From Tubulanus polymorphus (taxonomy: Eukaryota > Animalia > Nemertea): DNA of 64,000 nt. Positions 41,511 through 54,130 of this stretch are shown here, one piece after another. The notes under the pieces were generated by a model. It was not told where the DNA came from. It made no database searches and saw only the letters and a program-made list of their open reading frames with translations. How positions within the stretch are numbered: position 1 is the stretch's first letter; the number at the start of each line of letters is the position of its first letter. The DNA is taken from the NCBI RefSeq assembly GCF_964204645.1, contig NC_134036.1:5052600-5116599 (forward strand), given 5' to 3'. The position numbers were made by a program, and so were the translations under genes.

Positions 41511-44500
41511 ATTTCTGTCGCGTCGATTTATCGTGTCGAATGCCTTGACAAAAACCTGTTCGGGCCGGGAACGAAACTTCTCGGTGTGGCTCTGATTTAG
41601 TTTATAGTGGATACGATCTTGATTCTTTGCGTATTCCTGTTCGTTAGTTTTGTGCGATTCGTCGGGCGTCGAGTTCGGCGCGAAGTTTCGACGACGGTCT
41701 GATGGCGGTGCTAGCGAGCGATCGAGTGCGATGGATGATACTGCTGCCTTCGGAGACTTTTACCGATTACAGGTGTGCGACGCGAGCGCGCGCTGTAAAC
41801 CGTAAGAGCGCGTAGCGCGACGCTCGCGCTTGCCGAGATACTGGACGATCGTAATCGGCCGTCATCTGATTTTTCCGTGCACGCGATCCGCGCCTATCTC
41901 TGGACTATCCGTGATCGAAGGTTGCGTTAAGAACGGTAGCAACTTGAACAGCCAAACAAAATATCGCGTAATAAACGCCAATATCGTAATCGGCGATGCG
42001 TTGCATTTTGATGAGCCGTGCCGAGCTTTTTTGAGAGGCAGTTTATTTTCAAAAAAGGCATGAAAAGGGGCAAGTTCCTATTGAAAAAGAACAGACCTTG
42101 AATATGAAGTGCCCGGGTACCTGGTTAAATCGGTTGAAAATTAGATTGCTTTTCATTTTCCAGACATGAAAATTGTATTCAACTTTCTACAATTCTCGAC
42201 CAAAATTTTTTACGCTGACTTTTCGAAGGGCGTTTCGAAATTCGCTGGAAATTCTAGGGGTATCGTTCGCTACCCCGAACCCCCTCGGCACGGGTCTGCG
42301 ATATTTTCAAGTTGAAATGCGGTCGGCTATTTCGAGTTGAAACGTCCCTAATGAGCCCGGTTCAAAAAAGCGATGATTCATAATCATTTGCTATTCGCTG
42401 AATAAACTTCAATCATGAACGAATCTTCTTAATTCGAACTCAAAAAGAAACCTCGAATATTAGTAACACTATTTCGTGTGATTATTCAGTTGAATATCGC
42501 AATTAGCTCATAGTTCGGCCTAAAATCTTAGTTTTACCATGAGCGTGGCCAATATTATGGTTATACAAAATTTGTTAATGATAAAGATAATAATCATAGT
42601 ATATAGTAATATAGTGATAATTCCATTTGTATATAGCGCAGATATTCTAAACAGTGTATATTTCAAACGCGCCCCAAATCGGTATTTCTACCCCTATCTA
42701 GCCTATAACTCCGAGCAACTACTGGGCGCTGGGTATCAGCTGCGTGGCATTGAACCAAAGCTGAGCATAAAATTTTTGATTTTCAGGAGATTTACTGCAA
42801 AAAAGGAACGGACCCGAGTAAACTATATGTATACCTATATACCCTGTCGAAGAATTGAATAGATCACAACTCGAAATGGGGCAATGCGGGTAGTATTCGG
42901 TCAAAATCGGGTCGGATTAAAGCCAGCATGACCCGAACTGCTCGGAAACATTTCAATTTCGATATGATTTCCTCGATACTACGAATATGAAACGGGGATT
43001 TCGATCAATTCAGCTCAATTTTTACCTCTTTGATTTTCCGAATCATTTCGCGTTAATCCATGTTAACCCATCCTGCAACACTGCACGTCCGAGCTGGGCG
43101 TCGTGTTTCACATTATGTACTGCCATAGAGTCCATGGTCTAACTTATCGCGCAGCTTCGACCGCGGCTTTTGAATTGTGCCTTACGAGATTCCTTCGCAA
43201 AATCCGACCTACAAAAATAAATCCGCGTACATTGAATAAACTTCGATATACGTATTGAAGTTAAACTATTCGGGCGACGGTGCGCATTCTGCGCGCGCCC
43301 GCGGTTTCTATATTACGAATTTTGAGCGCGACCACAATAGAGGAACTGACCCCGACGCGACGATGAAAAGGTGTTTACTACGGCGCATCTGAGGCTATAC
43401 CGTCTTGGAAAGCAAAATGTTATTAAGCCACTCGATATCGGTGCGCAAGGTGTCGGACGGACTGGCACGTGCACAGTTGTTCCGAGTTTTAAAAATTGGA
43501 AAATATCAAACATTACGAAGACCTAAAAATTGTTTCGGTTTTTGAATAAGTCTTAATTAGCCTTGTCTGATTTTGGCAAGGCGTATCGAGTTCGAGGATT
43601 GGAGTTAAACTGTTCTATGCCACAAGCAGGCATTTGGCATCACAAGACACACATGTAAGACATCTTCTTTTTTTTCTAAATTTCTTATCTTCGTGATTCC
43701 GGTGGTACCGGTTAAGACTTCGTTCGAAAGTGGTCCCAAAAATCTTAGGACTGGTCTTGAGTTGTTAGATTAGATTTAAAGAAGAGCAAAATTGAATCAG
43801 TCTCAAACATGTGAGCCCTATTGGACCCTGAACGGGTATGTAGACCCGTGGTAAATTTAGATTTTTTCAGTAGGGGTGGAGAGGGGTCGAAATATTAGGC
43901 CCATTCAGAGACTCGTATGAAATAACAAGCTAGAACCACTTAGCTTCACTATTGGCCCGCCTTTGAGTGGGTGTCTAAACCTGTAGAAAATTTGGAGTCT
44001 AAACCCGTAGAAAATTTGGATTTTTTTTTCTACCAAGGGTGTGAAGGCCGAGGGTGTATTAGGCCATTCATATACACATATATTTGGGTAGGCCTATATT
44101 ATGCTAGAATACATTCGCCCACTTATTGCTAAGTGATCTCAAGTATTAAATAACCCTGAAAATCATCGTTTGTGACACTTATTAGGTTGTGAAAATTTTA
44201 AGGTCAACCCCTCATCGATGAGGATTGGTCCTGAATCGAGTGACCCCCTTCTGGAAGCCCCTTCGCTGCCGACCCTATAGATAGGCTATAGGCAACGTTG
44301 TTTTCTGTCAGAAAATATCAGGGGTCAAGGCACACCCTCCTCGATGAACCTTTACTCAGCGATAAGACCCGAAAAGCCCTAGAACGGTACCCTAGTATAT
44401 ACGTACATACGCCCTTACGCTTAACGTATATACAGCTTCTCAAATAGTCATTACCCTAGTTTGTGCCCTAAAATTCTTCGTCGGGTTGTGATCGGGTACC

Positions 44501-44887
44501 CTCTAAACCCATATCATCTAAACCAATACCTCCCCTAGGGATAGTAGTAAGCGACCCCATACCCTAAAAGTAATCCCCCCTATATGAAATGGACCCTATT
44601 CCCTTTGTTTGCTGTAAAGAGATATGCATTAAAGCTTATATGTAAGGCACATTTTTGTATGTAAAACAATATAATACCTACTCGAATTAGCCTACGTCGA
44701 TGCGTACATCCTCCAATCGCCGAGTGTAGAAAATGTTTTTATTTCCATCCACAGCCCGCTGTACCGTCGTGTCATCGGAGGAATGATATTATTAGAAACG
44801 ACCGTGATATGACGATGACGCCTCGATGTCTCTGAGGTATGCGACCTTCGGTGTCTCGCAAGATCGATCGATCGATATTTCATACGC

Positions 44888-45142
44888 ATCGCGTTGACAC
44901 AGATCAGCAGCACGTGTAGTGTGTATTGACCTCCTCGATCTCGTACTCGTTTCGGATATAGCGCTAGGCCCACGTCTCGTCGGGGTTGCACCTTGTCAGT
45001 GATAAAGGCAAGTATTTCCGCGTTCTTCTACATCGCGTTGACACAGATCAGCTGCACGTGTAGTACATCAACCCTCTCGATCTCTTACCCGGACATAGCT
45101 AGACCCACGTCTCTCGTATGGGTTTAGGCCTTGTCAGTGATT
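44888..45142 (+). repeat. ~143-bp tandem duplication
   Basis: CATCGCGTTGACACAGATCAG..CACGTGTAGT..CCTTGTCAGTGAT occurs twice. Confidence 0.8.
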
Positions 45143-47236
45143 AAGACCACTATTTTTGCGCGCTACGGACGAGGATTTATATACTCAATTAAGGATGTGC
45201 GGCCGTCAAGCTTTTTAAGGATTTATGGATTACAGAAGCAAAGTAATCGTTTTCACAACGCTCTCAATTTCGAGGTAAGTTTGAGAAAACAAATCGTGTA
45301 GACTTTTTCCAGCCGGGTTTTCTCGGTCTAAGCGGTGAACTTATACTCTAGAAACATCCAGTTTATAATTAAGAATTTAGCGATAGTTTGTTTAACGCCG
45401 AAGGCGAGATGCGATTTCCGCTCCCATCTATCTGAGTCACTCTGGCCTGGGGTTGGGTAATCTTGGGTGATAATTGTATATACTTCTGAAGTATATACAG
45501 TCTGTGGTAGTACTCTAGGTCGCAAAATGGGGCTTGTCATTTTAGCTAGTTCTTGGACCATACCCGCCAGAGTTATATGTCCAAAAGCTTAGATAGAATG
45601 GATGAAAATATCAGGCGTATTTGTATATCCAATTACGGATATTTCATTTCAATAATTAGGCTTTAGTTTTACCCTTTAGTCTAGAGGGTGATGTGAGTTA
45701 AGAGTTGATATCAATTACGTTTATAAATGTATAGGTGAATAACTAATTCATGATTTATTTTTCAAGTCATCGGTGTCTATATTTATGAATGTGTTAGGAA
45801 ATTGTTTTGTTCAACTATCCGCGCTCGCTATAAATCGTAATCCACACGGCAGAAATTATGAATAGAAAATAGTGAGACTTTTAACCGACTGGACCAGCTT
45901 TCTACTAATCGTTTAATATTCACGTTTATTTGGAAATTGATGAATGCGTTTGAGCGGATTATTTAGTTGAATTGAAAAAAAACGGGAATCGAACCCGCTA
46001 CGACTCGACAATCTCGCGACAGCGTGTGACAGCACAAGGTTCGAGTCCCACGATTTGCAGACTTTTTTATTTTCATTTCTATATCAAATTTATCACTCCA
46101 TCTGTCACTCTTTTAGGTACTGAAAAACAAAATAGTCCTGTGAAAAGAAAAATTGATCTGGATATGGGGTTGATAAAAATTTTTTGTTGCAATTAACCGG
46201 TTTCGAACCGACATCTTGGCCTCAATAAGGTCGAGTCCCGCATTTCCTAGGCATTTTTGGAATTCGCGAATATCATTAACTAGTGAATTCTAGGAGCTGA
46301 TAAGGGAAGATGTCAACAAAATGTTGATGCGCTTAAGATTTTCACGGGTAAAATTTTCATCTTGCGTTTATAGGAATTACGGGAATCGAACCTACTGAGA
46401 CGACGCGTCAGTCTTGTAGTTTAGCTTAAACCGGGCAGGGTTCGAATCCCGCAAAAGTAACCTCGATTGTACCGAGAAGCAATTATATTCCACATCATGA
46501 GTTTAAACCATTATCAAACTCACGGAACACGTTAACTATTTTTCTATTAAAACGATCTCGTCCTTCGAAGCGATTTGTAAATAAATCAAGTATCAATCAA
46601 TTAATCTTAGTACCGGAGCTTATTGACCCGACTGTGCATGAACGGCTAAAACTTGGCACCAATCGTTTTTAGAATGAAGTTTCAGAAATACGAAGTTGCC
46701 ATTTCTATGGTTACCTACTAATTCATAGCCCTTCGCTTGTACGGTTTCCAAAATGTATAATATTGCGAATGCCGCTCTGCTCTGGAAAAGATGCTTTCAG
46801 TCCGTTGTTTGCACGCGATCAGTTACGGAGTAAAACTTTGCAATGGGTCGCGACAAAATAGCAAAAGTAAATTCCACAATCGAGCTTTTCGGTTTGTGAT
46901 TGCGGGATTTACATTATTACTCGACTCGTATTTTCGTGCTGATTTTAATAATCAAGGTTAAAAAAACTCCAGCCAGTAACATTTACCCTTTATATTTTTA
47001 GATTCATCCCGATAAAAGGCCATATTTTGCCACTTCTTATCATGTCCCAACGTCTTTCCATATATCTAATACTTTTTTTTGGAAAAGTTATCGAATTTTG
47101 TATAGGCCTATACCATATTTGTATATGCTTCTCCGTGTTCGGTGCAGTTTTCGTATCTGAAATCGAATGCGTGAACAGTTCCGTGTTCGGTGCAGTTTTC
47201 CTATCTGATATCGATGCGTGAACAGTTTTCGGAGCC

Positions 47237-47397
47237 ATATAAATAATAAAGCAGCGAAGAGAACTATTCAGGACGCAGTTAGTTATTGTGCGTGTGTATA
47301 TTTTTAGCACTGGTCGCCACCGGACAATTCGACAGACCACCGCGAGTTCGTTTTCAAAACACCCGGAACAAACTGATGGAGTCGACGTTGAAAGGGG
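47237..47397 (+). promoter_or_regulatory. Candidate plus-strand TATA promoter and short first exon (MESTLKG)
   Basis: TATAAAT near 47237, ATG GAG TCG ACG TTG AAA GGG G|GTAAGT consensus donor. Confidence 0.35.
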
Positions 47398-48053
47398 GTA
47401 AGTGAAAATAGTTTATATTATCTAAAAAGAATTTTCGGTATTTTTTTTCCGGTAAGGCGCGCGGCAGGTTGAGATTATTGCATGTAGGTTTGCGTTAATC
47501 AGCTCAAACGTACATGTGTAGCTGCAGTGATCAGCTCATTTTCTGTGATGTGGATGTTTGTCCTAGTTAAAATGCAAAGCTTACAAATTTGTCCTAGTCG
47601 CTCTTTTCGCGTCCTATAATTTCAAGTTCCGCCACCCAGCCATGTATCCGTATGAAAAAAAATGTTTTACAAATCGACAGTGCTTTTATAACGTTGAATC
47701 GTGAAAAGTAAGACTGATCTTTAATGCTGTGAAATGAAAAAAATATAATAGTCGATATTGAAATGGGGTTTTCTGGTAAATGTCAGAAAACATTTAACCT
47801 GATAATCAATAGAAATAGACGTCACAATCAAGTCAAATATTATCAAAGAATTATAGTTTAGCGCTTTAAATTTTGGTTTTCCACAATTTTTTCGTTTTAT
47901 TTGTTGTCAGCCACTCCGACCGAATTTTGAAGTTTGAGATCTAATACATCTTCACCCGTCAAGGGATTCGAACCCTCTACGCTAAAGCTGTTCCCCGAAC
48001 CCCTTGACCTCACGAGTCGTTGGAGTCGTTACTAGCCGACCAGAATCCGGTCG

Positions 48054-48180
48054 TACCAATCACAGCGCTTGTAACAAACCGACAGTAGACTTCTGTTGGT
48101 TTTCCCGTTAAATGGACCAATCAGCGAACGTTTTACCGAACAAGGAAGTATTTCGCAAATCGATATATGACGTCATGCGC
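48054..48180. promoter_or_regulatory. Housekeeping-type promoter motif cluster
   Basis: Two CCAAT boxes (ACCAATCA), an ETS-like AGGAAGT and a perfect CRE TGACGTCA within ~130 bp. Confidence 0.55.
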
Positions 48181-49552
48181 GACAGCGCCAGTAATGAAAT
48201 CACGCTTCGTTAGGCCAGGGGGCTGGTGGAAGCGAGTTCGGGAGTGATACCGGAGCCCTGGCAAGCGAGGATGGATCTAATATTACTTCACATCACAAAA
48301 TGATCTTCTCCGTGCGAAGATAAATTCGAGGTGTATGTGTGTAAACATTAAATGGGCCCATGCGCCCTTGATATTTCTCTATTATAAATCAATTCCGTTT
48401 TTATCGTAATTTTTTAATCATTTCTGTTAATACATACTATCACCAATTTGCCCCACACGAGATATTGCCGTTGATCAGCCAATTTAAAACCATTACCGGC
48501 ATTTGTAAATGTAAAAAACATATTCATATATGATAAGGGTAGGTTAGAATTTAGGGCACCGCAGCTGAAGAGAAAAATTGGAATTGTTTGGAAGTATATG
48601 AAATAAAACCATTTTCAACGAAAACCATGCAATTAATTAAGGTACCGATACTACAATTCCAAAGGTTGTCACTTTGTAAATGTAAATGGTTAAGTTTGTC
48701 AGTTATATTAGTTTGATGATGATTCTAGTGGATTTACGAATGCATACATGTTTAAATTTTAATGATGTTTTATCGATGATGTGATTTAGTCAATCGGGAA
48801 GCAGTCATTGTAGCTATCCTGCGGCATTGATCTTAAACTTTTTTTAGTTTGTCAGACAGCCAGACATCTATCATGTAAATGCAATACGAGTAATTTATCT
48901 ATGTCACAAGGAAATAGTAAGAGGCATTGATTGTTGGAAATGGTAAATTGATGATGTTTTCCAATCGCACCAGTACGTTTTAGAATGACTTTTTCAGTAC
49001 TTTTTCCTATCCTGATATCAACGCAGAGATCTTATACTATTTGATCGAACATTTGCACCATTCCTAGCTCACGTCTGACCAGGTGCGCGCGTTAATACTC
49101 TCACCACAGTTTGATAAGTTCTCATAACGATCGGGATAAATATCGATTAATACTAATGTTATTACTATACGTTTAATGACAAATCACTAGCAAGCATTAC
49201 CACATTTTGTAGTAAGAGTTTAGAAAAAGACTTGCGGGGTCGTGGAGTGCGTTCGTTAACTAGTGTTAGGGTAAAAACGGATTCGTAATGTTGGTCACTT
49301 TTTTTATCACAATCTACACGTGCCAGCTGGAGACCTATGTACGTAGGCTTAATCAACCGTGACGTTTATCCAAAACGTAGGGATTAATCCAGTTATCGAA
49401 AGTGATAGAAATTAGATAGTACAAATGGGAGCGGCTCAATACTAATTTCAATTAGGATAACCTGATATAATACGTGTAATCGAATACATTTGCTATAAAA
49501 TAGTGTGATGAAAGCATAGATTAAAGTGGGAAATTGAGCCTAATCGATCTAA

Positions 49553-49910
49553 AGCCTAGCGCACATCGACACTGCGATTGGAGACAACTAGTTGCAAGGC
49601 AGTTTTCGGCGCATGAGAGGAACTGGCTGGATACGATCAGTTGCTTGAATGTGTCGATGTGAGCGAGCTTACGATTGGTAAGCGTCCATCTATCTCCAGT
49701 TCCAGCCAGTTGCCCATGTTCTACTTTTGAGCAACTGGTTGTACTCAATCGCAGTCATATCCGTCGATGTGCGCGCTCTGGATTTCGACGATCAACACGC
49801 GCCATGCAGTTGCTGCAACTGACCGGTTGTAACTAGATTTCGATGTGCGCGGGGTAATCGTTCGGTAGCAACTAGTTGTCTCCAATCGCAGTGTCGATGT
49901 GCGCTAGGCT
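49553..49910. mobile_element. PIF/Harbinger-type MITE (358 bp)
   Basis: Perfect ~43-bp TIRs AGCCTAGCGCACATCGACACTGCGATTGGAGACAACTAGTTGC; TAA TSD both sides; an internal fragment recurs inverted at 56861-56955. Confidence 0.92.
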
Positions 49911-50680
49911 TAAGGGGTTTACAATAATATATACAAGTCGAATGAGTACAAAACAAGTGACATTTTTTACGCGCAATCCTATTAGGTCTACAATATACAC
50001 TTATTATTGTGCTCATTCAAATCAGTTCACTGTTTCTATTGTGAATTTATTTCTTCCTCCCACCGTCATGAGTTTTCAGCTGCAAATGAATAATAAATCC
50101 CTTTGAAAGGTATTTACTCCATTGTTTTGCCACAACGTGATTGCCATTATGTCGCTGGTTTTGCCTATTTAAACGCCATTTATTCGATTATGCTTCAAAC
50201 GAATGCACAGCATGGACCAATCTTTGATAGCTGTATGTTTGTCGATGGCAGTTTTCGTTGTGGGTTCGGGTAAGTTATTCATTCTGCATATATATTGCTA
50301 GGACGCATTTTCTTTCGTGATTCCCTTCCATGTAGTCGGTAATGACGTTTTTGAAAGTTTTGATGTTGTATTTTTTTTTTGTATTTCGTGGTGACCGATA
50401 GAGGGTGCAGAGGTAGCGATAAGCAGACCTGATTATGAAAGTTTGGTGAACATGGTAAATATTTAGCAAAATATTACGTCGTTTGCTAGTCTGATATGGC
50501 TGGTTGCTGATCTGATCATCACAGTAGTATTTATAGTGTTTTTTTTTCAATGATGCATCAATTAGCTTTCAACTTAGCATTCGTGTCAATCTTGAATCTA
50601 AGGTAGTAATCTTAATAGTTATTACCGTTTTATTTTCATTTTGTCCTTGCTGGATGCGAGTCTGATCATTATTATTACAG

Positions 50681-50747
50681 ACATACGCACTTCCCCATAA
50701 TACTTGGCCCGGTGGAAATATACGATACGCTTTTGACAGTTCCTACA
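50681..50747 (+). CDS. Isolated astacin-like metalloprotease exon (possibly pseudogenic)
   Basis: TTACAG| acceptor, |GTAAGT donor; encodes TYALPHNTWPGGNIRYAFDSSY, resembling the WP-xx-IPY-x-FD N-terminus of astacin domains. Confidence 0.45.
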
Positions 50748-50909
50748 GTAAGTTATTTAAAATAAGAGAACGAAACTGAAGGAAAAATCTCAAAGCAATT
50801 ACAGGCTGCAGGTCTTTTACTGAAACATCGTTTTTCATAATTTATAAGAATAGATTGCATTGCCCAGTACTGTAATTGAAATGGTTTGGATAAACTGCGA
50901 CGAAAGAAA

Positions 50910-50970
50910 CGAATGAATGAATGAATGAATGAATGAATGAATGAATGAATGAATGAATGAATGCTTTATT
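50910..50970 (-). repeat. (TTCA)n tail after AATAAA, retroposon 3' end
   Basis: Minus strand AATAAAGCATTCATTCATTC..; the same tail is on the plus strand at 63731-63762. Confidence 0.7.
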
Positions 50971-51155
50971 CTGTCTAATAACAAATAATTGAAATACACA
51001 TACAGTCAGCCCCCGATATACCGCCCACAAAAGCGTAACTTCAAGAGCCAATTCGACTCAATGAAAATAATTTTCATCCTATATTATTCATTTATTTCGT
51101 GATAATCTGTTGCAATCACTTCAAAAACACAGTACACCGCATTAACATATCGAAT

Positions 51156-51467
51156 CTAATCAATTTCTAATTTCTTATCTGTATCACCATTGGGCCATTC
51201 AACGATCAAACCGATGAAGGCACTCTCGTAGCCGTTGTCTGCGTTGCAAATGTACCGTTGTACAGATTCGCGTTTCGCTGGTTTCAGACCATCGATTGTC
51301 AGCCTAGCTTTCGTCAGATTTCCGTCGTAAGTCGTCGCGATATGGGTGTTACCCGTCTCGGTCAATACGGTGCCTCCATACTCCGGCTGCCAGTTCGATG
51401 ATGTCGTCGTTTGGTAAAATGTGATCACGGCCCTCGGTTCCGAAGTGACTTCGCATTCGAACGCGAT
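51156..51467 (-). CDS. Terminal exon of an Ig-domain protein
   Basis: TTTTGTAG| acceptor; IAFECEVTSEPRAVITFYQ...ARLTIDGL...RYICNADNGY...LIV* contains B- and F-strand cysteines; joins upstream exon in phase 0. Confidence 0.8.
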   Translation of the reverse strand: MAFECEVTSEPRAVITFYQTTTSSNWQPEYGGTVLTETGNTHIATTYDGNLTKARLTIDGLKPAKRESVQRYICNADNGYESAFIGLIVEWPNGDTDKKLEID

Positions 51468-53227
51468 CTACAAAACAGCACAAAAAAATAACATAATTCA
51501 GTTAGCGGGGCCAGAGCTAATGCTAGTAGGTCGAATGAAGTATTAATTTAAAAGCTGAAAATGATGAAAATCCTACAAGGAAAAAAGTTCATAAATGGGT
51601 AAGTTAACAATGCCATACTGAACCAAAATGAGTTTAGACTGGTCTTATGGTTAGATTAGCTTTAGTTCCAAACTGTGCTACGACTGATCTTAAGTCGTCA
51701 GATTGGCCATAGTACCAGAATAAAATTGTTGACGTATATACAGCGAAATGCGCTTTCTGAGAGGATCCTAGTTAAGGTCCCAGACACTCAATCAAAAAAT
51801 TTCAAACGAAATTTACCAACGAAATAAATAATAGGGTCAATCCCTATTTTAAGATTAACGAAAAAACTCCGGAATCCAATTTGCAAAATATCGGTTCTCT
51901 TCATCGGCGACAATGAAAGACTCCACGTGAGTTACGTAATTGTAATTGAAAGTTAAGATCACGGGCGGTTATTGAGCTCCATGGCCCACGCATAACTTCA
52001 AAAAGTTAATTCGCAAATTAAGTCTTTTGTGGTATAGATGACATCGTTGTATGAATTTAAGCCATAGATAAATCATTTTTTTAGGACTTAAGGACCACAA
52101 ATTTATACTATTTTTGATACAAACTGCGAATGTGCCAAAATATTTTTGAGTGTGTTTTTGATGAGTTTGTTTTGAAATTACAAAGAACATGTGAGTGGAT
52201 GATCAGTCGGGAAGTAGATCAGGAATCTAGATGTGACAGAGAGAAAATCATTTAATTGTTAATTATTTAATTAATCTCCCCGGCCAGTTGGTCCTGAAAT
52301 CTCAGTTGTGGATTGGGAGTAACTACGAAATATTATCGACCGACGATCAGAAAGATCCCACTCTGTGACATCTAAAAAATATCATCTAAAATGTGAGAGA
52401 ATATGTAAAATATAGAAAATATGAGAGCAGATAAGGGAATGGAGAAAATGAAAATGACCGTATGGGATTGATGATTTTTGTTCTCAAATTATAATCAGAA
52501 CGTTCGAGTGGACGATGGGTTTGAATTATGACAATAAGATCTCGTTCGGGTTGATGAGTTGTTTTTTTTTTTCATTATAAAATGGAGCATGAAAGTGCAT
52601 GCTGAGTTCCAAGAATCTAGTCTTCTATTCTCGTTCGCCAGGGTCTGTTGCGAGAGAATAGCTAGAGGTTTTCGTAGGATTTGGTGTTTCGACTGATTGC
52701 AAGGGCGTATATTTGTGTAGCCTTTTCGTAGCTTTGTAAATATTTTGAGCGTGTTAGTGGACAGCAGTCGGTGATTCCTTTGAGGGCGTAGGTGTATGTT
52801 TGTTCATTTTGGCCTTGTCCCTCCTCATTTGCCATACGAACACTCTAGCAAGACTGCTTCGTTTCCATCGTTGGATTTCTGTAACATTTCACCCTCATTG
52901 TGTTCAATCGGCGTAACCGTATATATGCGGAAAAAAATTAGATCTGACCAGTAAAATATGTCGGCAATTCTAAATCGTCGGAATTGCCGACTAGAAAAAC
53001 TGGTTGGTTATCTCGCTCGTTGATTTTCCCCGCTCGCAGAAGAATACTCGCTATGTACTAAGCCTGCAGGGATCTAATTTTACCTGTTCTGGAGTGGAGC
53101 CATGTTCTGTTGAACAAAAAATGCCGCAGGGCCGAAACGTCGTGTAACGAATTGCATTTTAAGGACCTTAAGGACACTGCGTCTTTTCCCAACGCAAATA
53201 CTAAGTTCACCGAAAATATCCACTCAC

Positions 53228-53808
53228 CTGATTCGTTGCGTTTCTATCGGCCAACAATATTTCCTTATCTTGCTTGCCACCGGTGAACTCGATCGGCGTG
53301 TAAACCCTCGTTTCAAACGACTTTCTCGCGAACGGCGCCTTGTATCCAGCTTCGACGGTGAACGAGTTATTCGCGTCATCGTCGGACCAGAAACAGACCC
53401 TGGCCGTCGTCAAATCGTACCCGCAGTAGGCGTCGCTCGTCAATTTCTCGGCGACGCCACGCTCGTCGGTTTTAAGCACTCGCACGTGCGGACGGGGCCA
53501 TCCGTCGACCATCGCGTAGATCATATCGCCCGTTCGCGAGACCGGCACGTTGCCGTAGTACTCCAACGTGTCGGTGCCCGGCGAGTTTCTGATAATCCGC
53601 GGTATCGTTTTCGAGCTGTACACTTTCACGTTATTGACTTTACCCCAAGTTCCCGACCCGACCAAGTGATTGACAACGCAATGCGCGAAAATAAAATTGA
53701 ACCCGAAAACAAAACAGTACATGCCTTCGTCGCTAGGTGTCGCCTCGCTGACTACCATTTCGGGTCGTACTACGCGCACCTTTCTCGAGCTCAACCAATT
53801 GAAACTCA
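53228..53808 (-). CDS. Internal exon of the same Ig-domain protein
   Basis: TTTATTTTCAG| acceptor (phase 1), CAG|GTGAGT donor (phase 0), 581 nt open; Ig-like motifs ATPSDEGMYC and VDGWPRPHVRV. Confidence 0.78.
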
Positions 53809-54085
53809 CTGAAAATAAAAATCGCAACTAGACTCATTATACTGCCCGTTTTTAAAAACGATCAAAATCCGAAGTAAACGATATATTTTCACGATCTGAA
53901 TTTTCGGGATCCAGTACACCGCAGTTGTGAGTTACAGTCAACCTTAGTCGGGCTGTGATCAGGTAGTTTTCTAACTCACAACTCGGGAATGGAACATGAT
54001 CGAAAATTGCTGTCGTCGTTATAAATATGAATGACACTGTGATTCGTGTACGAATCTGCGAAACAATCTTTTTGCCAGACGAGTC

Positions 54086-54115
54086 TTCCTGACGATGACT
54101 AGCCGAAACGTCGAA
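54086..54115 (+). ncRNA. Minimal hammerhead motif with collapsed helix II
   Basis: TTC-CTGACGA-T-GACTAGCC-GAAA-CGTC-GAA; core and helix I intact. Confidence 0.6.
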
Positions 54116-54130
54116 AATGAATCATATTAA

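Noticed and set aside
52600-52900. Possible Penelope GIY-YIG remnant on the minus strand
   Set aside because: Only vague similarity; no GIY/YIG or RT motifs.
53110-53146. GGCCGAAACGTCGTGTA, hammerhead 3' half
   Set aside because: No CTGANGA core at a usable distance (only CTGTTGA); at most a truncated remnant.
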